Origin: Nymphaea colorata
Taxonomy: Eukaryota
Reading direction: 5' to 3'
Length of the DNA: 64,000 nt
Assembly: GCF_008831285.2 (NCBI RefSeq)
Contig: NC_045138.2
Location: 28,706,001 to 28,770,000, forward strand
Part shown: positions 1 through 12,189 of the stretch, one piece after another
Layout: the number at the start of each line of letters is the position of its first letter
How positions within the stretch are numbered: position 1 is the stretch's first letter
Made by a program: the position numbers and the translations under genes
The notes under the pieces: model-generated
Seen by the model: the letters and a program-made list of their open reading frames with translations, nothing else
What the model was told of the DNA's origin: nothing
Databases searched by the model: none

Positions 1-200
1 ACCATGAACGAACGGTGCATATCGAGTGTAGTAGTAGATTTAAGAAATTTCCTGCCAAGCCAGTCTCGGATCTCGTCTCAATTGTGATGAAAATGGACAA
101 TTTTTTGATGTTCATGTCGTTCACGCAATGAGATTTCAAGAATCACACCATCAAAATGACATCCACACGGACAAACTTTAAAATAAATTTTAAGAGTTAG

Positions 201-575
201 CACCGACGGGTTGGTGCATATGGGTTAGATAGGGACTCGTAGACAGCTAGTCACTAGTTCAAGCTCCGTGTTGGTGCCAGCCTCTTGTTCTTATCAATAT
301 GTGTTGTGGGGGACCAAATTAAAGTTTGTGAGGCCAGCGCCCATGCAGGCCCTCCCTTGACTTTGCCCCTAGTTGTGACTTTGGAGGCAAGGGAACAAAG
401 GCGGCTCGCTAGGAAGAGTTGTGAAAGGTGTTCAGGTTACCGGCCTTAACAAGTCAACCCAACTCGCTTCAAAGAGAGCAGCACTCGTGGTGGGGCTGGC
501 GGTCTTGTGGGGTTGCTTCCTCCTCCGCCTCATGAAGGGCGGACGGAGTTAGAAAAGCTCTGGAGTACTATATAT
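201..575 (+). mobile_element. Putative tRNA-derived SINE-like element (degenerate)
   Basis: A-box-like TGGTGCATATGG (212-223) and B-box-like AGTTCAAGCTCC (256-267) at Pol III spacing. GC-richer body in AT-rich flanks, AT-rich tail. Boundaries approximate; no TSD verified. Confidence 0.35.
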
Positions 576-1012
576 AAAATTTTTCATCTCAAGAATTCCC
601 GTTGAGATCCGGAAAGTAAAATTCATATCTGGGAAGATCTTTTGTTTGATACATTGAATTTGGATCAGATTGAGTAATGAAAGTAGCTGCGTCCCATATG
701 CATAAAGTACATATGCCGGAAATAAAGTTTGGCAAGAGTGATTTACTTATAAAACTTGCTTGGCACTCCTTTGAACGGTTCGAGCACCACATCAAAACTA
801 CCACCGTTTTCAAGCAATTTTCCTTACAGCGGTTAAACTACAGGAAAATCGAGATGAAAACCCACACGGTACCTCGAGAACAAACGATACAGGTGAAACC
901 GCGGCCCTGGGAGACAGGAAGGGCACTTTGGACATCCCGAAGAAAAAACAGACAAAAGCACAATCTTCCCGGCGGATGCACCGGAAAACGTCTCCCTAAC
1001 GCAGCGGAGCAC

Positions 1013-1588
1013 TCATTCCGGCCGAATGCGACTCCTGCAGAGTGGACACGAGCTCTCGCGCACGAGCCACTGCAATATGCAGCCCTGGTGGTAAGCGTGC
1101 GAGCACGGCAACCTCTTCCCGCACGCGCCGCCGCCGAGCTCTTCCATGCAGACGGCGCAGGTGCCGCCTTCGGAGGCAGTCGGCATGCCGGAAACCAGAA
1201 TTTCCGGCGTCGGAAAGTTTCTTGAATTCGCATCCACCGGCGGCATCCTTGGCCAGTCGAAGATCGGGCAGCAGAGCGCCTCGTCGAGATCGAAGGACGG
1301 CGAGTCCGACGGGAGGACTCCCTGTCCCGCTCGTATTCTCGGCGAATCGACGACGGGACAGCAGAGAGCATCGTCAAGATCGAAGGACGGCAGCAAGGCC
1401 GACGCAAAGACTCCTCCTCGTTCGGTGCGCATTCCCGCCGGCCTCGTTCCCGAGTCGACGATCCCGGAGCAGAGCGCCTCATCAAGATCGAACGAAGGAA
1501 AGGACGGACGAGGGAAGCGTTGTTCCGTGCCGTTCTCGGCAGGATTCCGGCGATTGATGGGCTTAGACCGATCGGATTCGAACGCCAT
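1013..1588 (-). CDS. RING-H2 (C3H2C3) E3 ubiquitin ligase, intronless, ~191 aa
   Basis: C-terminal CAVC-x14-CSHAYHQGC-x10-CPLC RING-H2 motif. ATG at 1588 (MAFESD) is preferred over the ORF-track start at 1822 because a TATATA box lies at ~1648-1653, ~60 nt upstream, and GC-rich coding composition starts there. No transmembrane segment seen. Confidence 0.88.
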   Translation of the reverse strand: MAFESDRSKPINRRNPAENGTEQRFPRPSFPSFDLDEALCSGIVDSGTRPAGMRTERGGVFASALLPSFDLDDALCCPVVDSPRIRAGQGVLPSDSPSFDLDEALCCPIFDWPRMPPVDANSRNFPTPEILVSGMPTASEGGTCAVCMEELGGGACGKRLPCSHAYHQGCILQWLVRESSCPLCRSRIRPE

Positions 1589-1644
1589 AGTCGGATATTC
1601 TCCCGTGAATTTGGAATGCCCCTGCCAGTCGAGGCTCTGGCGAT

Positions 1645-1656
1645 GAATATATAGAG
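1645..1656 (-). promoter_or_regulatory. TATA box of RING-H2 gene
   Basis: CTCTATATATTC on the minus strand, ~60 nt upstream of ATG 1588. Confidence 0.5.
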
Positions 1657-4357
1657 AACAGGTGGAACATAACTTTACCAGAATACCCTTATTGCTACCG
1701 TATCGGGTAACGGAACGGAGTTGTGTCTCTGGTTCGACGTGGAAATTCCAATAACGCCACTTTTGAGAAGTTTCTATCCTCACGGGAACCCGCACGTGAC
1801 TTGGGTGCGTTTGCCCCTCCATTAAAATCCTACCAAGGTCAAGATCTTATCATACATTCATTTTCCCAGGCGGCTGATCAACTATAACACGTCTTTGTGG
1901 TTTCTCCTCTTAGTTGTCATGAAAATTTTGTAGGATCTTCGACAGTGGAATCTGATCGGCTCTGATTCTGCTGCGCAAGTTCGCCAGCAGCTCGTGTGGG
2001 CAGCTGCCCACACCAGCCTCACAAAATTAGTTTAATATATATGTTAATGGTTTTGGTGTATTTGATTGTTACCCCATCAAAAATTTTTTTTTGGCTCTAC
2101 TAGTGGGGTTAGGCTAGTTTCTGGGGTTTTGCTTCGGGGAGGCACCGGCTAAGGTAGTCTCAGGATTAACCCTAAGTTTCAGATTAGCTGGGTTTCAGGT
2201 TACATAAACAAGGAGAAGAACTACAGTCTGCCATCAATTTTAACACTGTCAAAGTAAACACCTTTCATACTTGTGAATACAATTTTTTTAGTGTTGTCCC
2301 CATGACTTCACAATAGCAGAAGATGGGTCTGAGAGTTGCCATTATTTTGTGCAGTGTTTGATACGGCATGGAATGTGAATCAGACTCCTGTTTGTATCCA
2401 AAACTGACATAGCGATGCAAGTTCTTCCCTTCATATCTTAAAGAGACCGACAAGGAGTTGAATAGACTGAGATTTGTATTAATAACATGTTTTGTCTTCG
2501 CTTTGTGTGGAAAATCGTTCGGTTTGAATATGTGTCTGATACCTGTGATTGTGACTCGATAGGTGAAATATTATCTCTATAGAAAGACATGTTTTTTCCC
2601 GATATACAAACAAATTCAAGGTAATTGTCCACATATAATATTCAATGGCATGGATGGCTGTCATTTCATTCCCCAAAACTAATAGAAAGAGAAAAGCAGG
2701 CAAGCTTACATTTTATGTAAATTCCTTTGACATTGAAACTCTAAGCTTATCCCTCTCAACCAGTCCTCCTTTAATTCTTGAGAAAATCTCAGAAAGCCAA
2801 ATTTGCTGGCTAGTAAGACCAAACCTGCATCATCTCAGCATTTATTGTATTGCCTAACAGATAAGAACAACTACTTTTTGAAGATTCAGAATACTCCAAA
2901 GTCCAAACATAAAATTTCATTCCATGGTTGCGGAAAAACCCAACTCTCTGCAGAAGTGGAGAAGAAAAACACAAAAAGAACCAAGAGTGGTTCCCTGAAG
3001 TAGAGAAAAGACAACTGAGGTGGCCAAATATTCAAAACGAAAGCCATACTCTCTAAGACACACAGGTCATGTAACTTCCATGGAAATTGCTCCACTGTTC
3101 CATTGCAGTCGTTTCCCAGAGGGTTCCTTATCAACAAAAAACAAAGAGAACAAGCAAAATATGCTTTGGATCTGAGAAATGGGTAGAAGTTAAAAGAATG
3201 AAAAAACTGAATTTGCAACTTCACATGCCCTCAGACATGAGACTGTTTAATGTCCAACCTCACCCACCATCCATGTCAACATCATCAATCAGCAGAGGTA
3301 CCACAAGTTTCTTATGGGCCGGCGACCGGGGTCATGGGCTTCCCTCAGATCTTAAAAAATAAGAAATTCATACGTAAATTTTAACTTATATAAAAAATTT
3401 GAACAAAATTATACTTCGTCCTCTGTTAAAATTTTGAAACTATAGTTCAATTATGACAATAAAAAAATCTTAACTCCACCCCAAAGTATATAACAAAGGA
3501 AACTGGTCGGGTTAATTTTTTCTGTCTTGTCTTGTCTTCTAGAGGTGGGGTACTCTGGTTCTTTGTCATTTACCCTGTGTTGAGATCTGATACGTATAAG
3601 AAAAGGCTGTGTCACAGTCATCTAGAAGGAAGAAATTTAAACAAGTGACCTTCTGATAGAGTATGAAGACGTGGGAGTCCACTGCTTTTCATGGATTCAG
3701 GACAAGGGGATCTTGGCGTTTTTGGCCGGAAGAATCACGTGAGCTGACTGGTCTCTGACTCTCTAGACACCAAGATTTCCGACCCAAACCTCAAAAATTT
3801 CCAAACGGTGGGGATTCTTAATACGGTGGCTGCCCATGGTACCAGTGATGCTAATGCATGGCAAGATACTTTGAATCCTGGATCCATATCTTGATATCTT
3901 AAGTACTCAGACATTCAAGAAACTCATATTTTGTTTCAATCAAATTGGACAATGTTCATAGATCCGCCATGATCTGTTTGATTGGGTATCAAATCTAACT
4001 TGCACAGACGAATTCTAATGAACAGAAAAATTATATGCGCCGCCGGTGCCTTTCTCATGGTAAAGAGTGCATTTTTTGTTTGAGAAGTGTTTGAATGGCC
4101 GGTTCCCTGCAAAATAAATGCAATGGACCCATTTGTAAACTTTAATTTAATTAAAATAATGTGGATGGTAGACTCTTGAATAGGTTTCATACTTTAATGC
4201 AACCATGCTGTTTAATGGTTTGATTCTCATGGACAGGGGCAGAGTCATGAATTTTTTGTTGCAGGGACTGGAATATAATTTTATATAGGTTAAACTAAAA
4301 TGTTTAAAATTTACACATAATAGCGTCCCGAGTGCGGTTTCTAGTTTAGACGGTTAA

Positions 4358-4508
4358 GAGGTCGTTTGGTTGGAGAAACACTTGGGAAGTGTCTAATGAA
4401 TCTGTCCCAAATATTGGGGGAGGTTCATTCAACACTAGAACAATTGTTCTATGAACCTGCCTCCATATTTGGGCTAGATTCATTGGACCCTTGCTACCAA
4501 ACGACCTG
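4358..4508. mobile_element. Tourist/PIF-Harbinger-like fold-back MITE (~150 bp)
   Basis: Perfect 12-bp TIR AGGTCGTTTGGT / ACCAAACGACCT, TTAA on both flanks, and long internal imperfect inverted repeats. Confidence 0.7.
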
Positions 4509-6129
4509 TTAATTATTCTGATCCGAAATGTTTAAGTTTGTAACCCCACCATGCAGCTTGATTTTCTTAGTTGATCAATGTCCTCGTAAACCCTTAACCC
4601 ACTAGAAAGGTAGAGAAACCAAAGGGAGTCATTAATATAAGTACTTAAAAAGCAAACTGCTAAAAAGGAAGAAAAATGAGAAAAGCTTGGTGTCTTACAT
4701 CAGTCTTAGTCTAATGGTTGGTGGCAAGCAAGCAAGTTGGGCCATAACAAAATCTATTCGGGTCCGAATTTATATGGTGGTCAACATCTAATAGTTCTAT
4801 ACATATTATCTTTGATCTAATCAAACCCCAACTCGTATACCAATTCCATCCAAGGGAGAGCCAGTAGTACTGAATCCACATAAGATGGGAAACTAACGGT
4901 TGCTAATATGCCTTTATCAACAAGCAATTCTGTTTACATTTGGATATAAAACTCAAAGATAATTTAACTTACCAGTAAAATTTTTGCCTCTGTCCTGATC
5001 TTGTTCTTAGTCCTTTTCCATAAAAATGATCTATGTTTGTGGAAGCGACGCAGCGAAGCAGCACCAGCTAGGTGGGAAGAACTTGTATTTGGTCCATTTA
5101 ATGGGTTCACACTTCACACACACCCATATATGGGAAATGTGTAAAAGCAGTCTCATTCTTGGACTCGCTTTCCAAGTCTCTTCCTATCCTTAAGAACAAT
5201 GGATGGTTCCAGACAAGGAAAAACAAAGTGGTGAGCAAAGATATGTAGGTGAAAGAGTGACATCAGAAAAAAGCATATGGGAACACCACTTCCAAAATGA
5301 GATTGATTGAACTCATTCACCTCTTATATATATATATATATATATATATCCCTGACAGGCTTGAATTTGAATCTTTGATTAAAAACCACTTAAATTGTTA
5401 TTTCATAATTCAAAGGGGTTCCAGCCTTTCACTACTCATAAGTTCAAACTAACAGGGTTGTAACTGCATGGATTTCCCCACACATGGGCCAAGGTGCACT
5501 TGGTAACTAGCATTTGCTGTTCTTGGACACAATAATTGTGAATTGTGTAAGGAGTGACGTCCACGAGAATCAAGCCACTGCATGTCCGGTTAATGGCAGC
5601 GCCCCGCCTCACTGTGCGGCTTTGGCATCAATTCTCTATTTGACAGCTTTCAAAATAATAAAAACAAAAGGTTCTATTCTAAACTAAGATCAACAAAGCT
5701 TCTCCATGATTGAGTGTTGAATCAGCCAAAGAAAGTCCACCAATGAGCTAAAAAAGGCTGAACTTATCAATCACTTAGAGTTCTCAACTGCCTTGGCACC
5801 AGTCTGTGTGAAAGGACATGAGTTGACAGTCATCAACTGCTACTGCTTGTGCATGTTGGTGAAGAAGGTTTTGGTAGGAGCTGGTTGGTGCTGGTTTGGG
5901 GGGTCTATGCTTGACTTTTGGTTCATTGCTTCCTCTAAACTAACTCTGTAATGACAGTTTCCTTGATTTCTCATCTGGTTTATGAGCATAACAAAGAAAT
6001 GCAACCATCTTTAGAAGGAGGATGCATGTGTTGATCAGCTTCATGGACAGGTAGATAGACCAACTCCAGCAAGCTTGCTTTGCGCGCAGGACTTTCGGGA
6101 TGGATTGCTTCTCAGAAATGATCTTAAAG

Positions 6130-6164
<35 letters not shown>

Positions 6165-6718
6165 GTGTGTGTGCACGCATGTGTCTGGTTCGGTGTGTAT
6201 GGAGCCACGACGTGAAGTTGACAATGAACCAACTGATTATTGATTCAAGTAGTTTGTTGTTCAGATATATATTTCTTGATTAGGTTATCATGAAGAACAA
6301 TTAGATAACTAATTCAATTGATCTCCAACTTATATCTGCACTAACAAAGCTTGCTAAATCATTCTCAAATTGTTAAAGATGAAACCAAAGATACTTACAA
6401 TGAGGTATCTTGAGCATGTGTTTTGCCAGTTTTACTGATTCTCTTATACTTAAAGCCTAAAGGTTTCGACATTGTTCCAGTATTTAAGCCTTTTTCACTT
6501 CCACTGCGAGATTGCTTCATTCAACAAAAACAAGCAGCGAACTAATCATGCTCATAAAAAATACCTAACTTTTACTGTTTTCACTAATTTCACCTGTAAT
6601 TACAAAATTAAAGCTGAAGAGAAGACTGAACTACCCAGTGGGGGGAGCCACATTGGATTGCCCACAGCAGCCTCACAAAATTTGTTTAATCTTATGTTCA
6701 TGCTTTCACATATCTGGT

Positions 6719-6782
<64 letters not shown>

Positions 6783-7305
6783 AGTGCCCCTAAATGAATT
6801 AAAGATATTTGTGTGTGTGTGTGTGTGAGAGAGTGCCCCTAAATGAATTAAAGATATTGAATTAGTGTCCTTCCAACCAACTTTTTTTGAATACGCTAGT
6901 GAAAATACCAGTACAAACTGTGCAATAGAAACTTGCTTAGGTCAAGGACTGAGGCATTACTGAGTCTGACCTAATCATGTACACTCTTCAAATTGGACTA
7001 GTATTTGGATCCAAACCCGACCCCCTAGAGATAAGTCTCAGGATAGATTGCAATATGACCTGATACCTATATGTAACTGGATATTTATTGGTTCCAGATT
7101 CAGATCCAAGACATTTAGACAAATCTGCAAACAATTTTTTTTTTCTTTTAAATTAGAGCACACCACTGCATTGCTTTCAATTGGAGTCAACGATTTGGTA
7201 AACCCAACCCGCTGAAGTACTTCTATGATTATATCCACCTACCAAATGTACTTTTTTGTTGAATTTTACCTTATAGATGTACTCTAGCTACATGTAGATG
7301 CATGA

Positions 7306-7545
7306 TTTTTGACATTTTCAATATCAAATGTCCAAAAAAAAAACCCAAAAAATTTGGTGATTAAAAAACAGTTTCTATATTAAAAAAAAGCATTGTTCAT
7401 GTAAATATTGTCTACATTATTTTTGACATTTTCAAAATCAAATGTCAAAAAAAAAAAGAGAAAGAAACCCAACAATTTGGTTATTAAAAAACAATTTCTC
7501 TATTAAAAAAAAAAAGCATTGTTCATGTAAATATTGTCTACATTA
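7306..7545. repeat. Tandem duplication, 2 x ~115-125 bp, AT-rich
   Basis: TTTTTGACATTTTCAA...GCATTGTTCATGTAAATATTGTCTACATTA occurs twice head-to-tail. Confidence 0.85.
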
Positions 7546-8269
7546 GTCAAATCTCATCAAAGACACAGAAAGAGAACATTGAGCTTTCTTAAGGGCACTT
7601 GTAAAGGATCTTGCACATAAACATTCCAAGGATCAATATACTTACCCTCTTTGACCCGCAATGTCAACTCCAAACACTTTCTTCACGTCATATACAGGTC
7701 AATCTTTTCAAAGTTAACTAACATATTGAAGTTTTGTTGGCTCCCAAGAAAGTCTTTTCTAGCTCCTAACTTAAGTCATCCCCAATTCTATCTACTTTCC
7801 CTACTAAATAGCTAGTTTCAATTTTTTTCTTCTTATAGTGAACCAACCAACTGATGCATGAATTGTCCAAGCTCAGATTGTATGATTTGGTAAAGCCTGC
7901 TACATAAAATTAATGAACTATTGCCAATGAACCCTTTTCTAGTCAAACACGTTTCCTTGCACCAGTTTTGTTAGTCGATGCTGCAATGCCATACACAAAT
8001 ACGATTGTAGCCATCCTCGATATCACAATATATATTATTAATCGATTCTCTGGCCAATTATTGTAGGTCACTGCCCACATAAGTTATACACCCGAAGCTA
8101 GAGCTAATAAATGGATTCAGCAGTTTGCGCATCTTAGCTTGCAATAACCTATTCTACACCGGGCATGGTCCTCTTGGTCCAGCAGATCCCAACCTTGCCT
8201 ACATAGGCAAGTTATATGCCTGAAACTAAAGCTAACAAATGGATTTAGCAGTTTGCACATCTTAGATTG

Positions 8270-8647
8270 GAACAACCATGCCCACACCATCCTTGGGCCT
8301 CTGGGTCTGGTGGATCTCAACCCGCTTACAACTTTGGTTTCAACCCAAAAAAGTCAGGAACTAGAGCAGTTAATTACTTAACAACTCCTTTTGTAAATCT
8401 CTTAACATTCTTCGTAACCTTAGATACAAGATTAAACTTTTTAATGGACTGTTATAATTGGTCCCCTTAAGGAATATGTATCTGCATGCGTGATCTTAGG
8501 CCGAGTATTGAACTGATACCACTATAACGACCTGATTCACTCTTATATCAGGCTCAAACAACCAATCACTTAACAACTCCCCTTATAAGTAACCAAAAAT
8601 TTCTCACAATCTTACATAAGAGAATAAACCTTCAATAGGGTGTTATA
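8270..8647 (-). mobile_element. Degenerate TRIM-like miniature LTR element
   Basis: On the minus strand: LTR-like repeat (8647-8523), PBS TGGTATCAG (8521-8513), ~45-bp internal region, PPT-like AAGGGGACCAAT (~8469-8457), then a second diverged copy of the repeat (8456 downward). The repeats share ACTTAACAACTCC...GTTATA. Left boundary uncertain. Confidence 0.5.
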
Positions 8648-9428
8648 TATAGTATATGTTTCCCTTTTATTTTCCAGTAAAATCAAGGGAGGGGGGCGGG
8701 GGCGGGCGGGTAGAGGAGTGTTGCTATTTTTCAAGACTTAAACCTTATTTACATTCAATGTCTAACCGAACCCCGTAAAAAATGGATATGAAAAAAAAAA
8801 AGAGATATTCGATTAAGAATTTGGATCAGCCTGACATGTAAGAAATGATATTCGGTCAGATTTAGATTCTGATTTGAGGAAATATTGATCAGGTTCATAT
8901 TCAGATTGGATATAGTTTCCAATACCTATCCTATACTCAATGTTTATAATTTTGTTTGGATTCTGTTTAAAAGTCAGATTCATATTCAAACTATGAATTC
9001 CGATTTCAGTTTCGGATATGATATAAAATTTTCTGTTCAAATTCAAATCTGAATTGAATCCAAATATGTAGATATCTGAAAAAGTAAATATAGCAAAAAA
9101 AAATATCCGATTCAAATATGATCTTTTGACGTTTCCATTTAAGAAGGTCATTTACATGATAATTTGGAAAAGATTTGGCAAAAGTTCAATTTACACATTT
9201 GGATGAGTCAAGTAGGAGCAAAGCGTTGTCAAGTACAAGGGGTGCTTGTTAATGGCAGATCCGAAAACACCGAGGATTTCATGTCTACGGTGTTTAACAT
9301 GTATTGTGGATCCATGCTGTAGAATTTTTGCTGAAACCATTGAATCCACCGATTTCTTAAAGATGGATTTCACATAATATTTCCTCTTATGCGATAATTG
9401 AATGGAAACAAATATGGGTTGAGGGGCC

Positions 9429-9631
9429 CCGAGCGGTTGTAGTGCACTAGCGGCAAGGCAGTCTGCCTCAAAGGGCTTCGCAATTCAAAACTTGTGGTCA
9501 CTGCCACAACCTAGTGCGCTCATTGTTTGGACTGCAATAGGTCTGGACTCAAGCTCTCTGAACCGATGGGCACAAGAGAAAAACAGTTTATCTTTTGAAA
9601 ACAGTGGAAATAAACCACTAACCCTAAAAAA
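9429..9631 (+). mobile_element. SINE copy (same family as 31369-31593)
   Basis: Shares GTGGTCACTG.CAC...CTAGT.CGCT...TTTGGACTG and the 3' AACCACT.ACC..AAAAAA tail with the reverse-strand copy at 31369-31593; more degenerate. Confidence 0.55.
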
Positions 9632-10204
9632 GGAAAATGAAATATGGCCCAGAAATACTTGTGAATATCATCATAGATATCGCAAACATCACCAGCTCAA
9701 AACCTAATAATAGAGTCAAGTGCAGAGCTAGGTGCTGGCAGGGACATGGCCCCACATAGATTTTGGAAAAAAAAATGTATTATAATATTCAAAATAGTAA
9801 TTAGTTCTCATAGATTTTTTAGTTAAAAAATCTATTTTGGTAATTATCAAAAATTTTGAAATATATAGTTCTGCCTTCCAAGAAAAAGTTGTGAGCTCTG
9901 CCCCCAAAATAGATTTGCAATCCGAATAAATTTACTCTAAAAATTTTGCTTGATTTTGAGCCTTCCATCACTTGACTTATAAAATAGTTTATTGAAGAGG
10001 AGAGCTAGAATTTTTTTTTTAATTTTCAATTGACTATGATCCAATGACTTGGATCTAATGAGCTGCCCCATATAACTAGAGTTAAATTCACCCAAGTTTC
10101 AACACTAAATTAACCCTTTAAAAAGTGAGCTCCATGTGGCATATGCCTCACAGAAACCCCACCTACCTCCACCCTTTTTATTGCAATACTTATAAAGGAA
10201 GAGA

Positions 10205-10332
10205 ACAAGATGATGGACTTGAGCAAAAGAAAAGAACAAAATTGCACATGTTTCAAGATGGACTTGAGCAAAACAAAAGAACAAAATTTCACGTGATGGA
10301 CTTCAGAAAAAGAAAAGAACAAAATTTCACCT
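10205..10332. repeat. Three imperfect ~40-bp tandem repeats
   Basis: GATGGACTT(G/C)AG..AAA..AAAGAACAAAATT(G/T)CAC repeated three times. Confidence 0.75.
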
Positions 10333-10657
10333 GTAGAAAGGTGATAGGAAACACTCCCATTTAGGGTCACTAACCAAATGGTGGACCCATCTTCCAAACA
10401 CGCAAGAATAAAACACAAACAGTTTGAAGGAAAAATCCAACGAAGGCTGTTGCTTTGCTTGTCTTACTTTTTCTTTATTTGCATTTTCCTGAACGTCGAT
10501 ACATCATCGTCGTCATCACCAAGTCTTTCTTAAATATAAAGTCTTACGTGCATGTATTAAGGAACAAGAAACTGGTAAAGAACCCAAAAACAAAAGGAAT
10601 TTGGCGGGATTCCTTTTACATCTCTCTCTCCTTCCCCTTGCTTCCTCTCCTCTGAGT

Positions 10658-10985
10658 TAGGGTTGCATGCAACTCGACTCAAAAAACTTGAGCTCAAACT
10701 CGGCTCGAACTCGAGTTGAGCTCCACAGAATAGACTCTGAGTTCGATCTCGATTTGACAATACAGCATCAAACTCGATATCGACTCCACTATACGAGCTC
10801 AACTTGCTTAACTCATTTAAATCGTTTTTGTTAAGTCTATCTTGTTTCTTTTACTTGTTTAGTTGCTATTTGTTTAACTATTCACTCATAGTCAAACCGA
10901 GATGAGTTGAAATGAATCCAGTTCTCACAGCTTGAACTCAAACTCTTAAAATTTCAGTCATACATTTTGAACTCAACTCGAGCAA
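10658..10985. mobile_element. Non-autonomous DNA-transposon remnant rich in CTCGA/TCGAG subterminal motifs
   Basis: Starts TAGGGTTGCA followed by dense AACTCGA/CTCGAG motifs; similar in style to 32012-32430. No TSD confirmed. Confidence 0.4.
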
Positions 10986-12157
10986 ATTGAACATTTATTT
11001 TGGCACTGCCCCATCATGCACCAACTTTACCAATCGTCGTGGCGCTCTTGCGAAATGAAAGAAGTGAAATCGGAGTTATCCAAATTGCAAATTTGGACAA
11101 AAGTTTGTTTTCATGTGGGAGTCTAGAAATCCATTCGTTGTTGAAATTTTATTTGTATCTGACTCTTTAACTCAACCCGCATGGAGGTAGGCCGGCTTTT
11201 GTTATTAACCAAAAAGTGTATTCAAACAAAGTCATGAGGCCACTTGCGCCTCCTGCTGAGAAGTGAAGTGAAACGAGCGAGAGCCCTCACAATATCAAGT
11301 TTGTTTCTCTATAATTACCATACAACTAATTTGAATTTATATAGTGAAATTATTTTATATATTTTTGTTTAGAAACACAAGAAATTAATCCAAGTTAGAC
11401 ATATTAAGGTCTTGTATACTTTGGAAGCGCATTTTGGATAATTAGGAAAACAGCTTGACTTCTATATTTACAATTTATTATCCACCATCTAATACCTTGA
11501 AGTCGGCGCCTTAGATAATTCTTATCAAGTTGGGATTTGAGAGCCTACTATCTACCTTTTTAGCATTTCATAGCCAAAAAACCTATTTGTGTTGTCTAAT
11601 AGTTGTTTTTTTTTTTTTTCCAAAACATAAGTCATTGAGTGCTATTAATAGGCTAGAAAACTGGGTGTAATCAACCAAAATGATGTATTATATACAGAGT
11701 AAATGAGACATTCAGCTGATTTATCATGATAGAAGGGTGGAAAAAAAACAAGAAGAAAAAAGTATAAACTAAAAATGATCAAATTTTTTTCTCGCTTGTC
11801 TCTAAACTATTTATTATAACGAATCAAAACAATCTTTACGAGTGAGCTGAATGACCCTGAATAGCTAGATTCACCATTCAACACATTTATGAAACTTATA
11901 AGTACATCGAGCGTCTCTGATTGGTTGGAGCTCAAGATCGCTGGAGAATTTCAACTCTTGCTTATACATATTGAAATCAACTGGTTACTTTTATGATTAA
12001 ATGTTTTTTTTTTTATTTTATTTTGTATCACAAAAAATTACTTCAGTTACATTCTGTTGCTAAGAACCGTCGCCTATTAGTTGACAGTCACAAATGCACT
12101 TTTTACAATAATTTTGAACGGCACAAAATAAAAAAAATGTAGCCAGCTGATTTCATT

Positions 12158-12189
<32 letters not shown>

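Noticed and set aside
677..1646. Long overlapping ORFs (182, 215, 171 and 166 aa) around the RING gene
   Set aside because: Shadow frames of a GC-rich coding sequence; no motifs.
1589..1822. 78-aa N-terminal extension of the RING ORF
   Set aside because: Spans the TATA box and AT-richer promoter sequence; ATG 1588 is more plausible.
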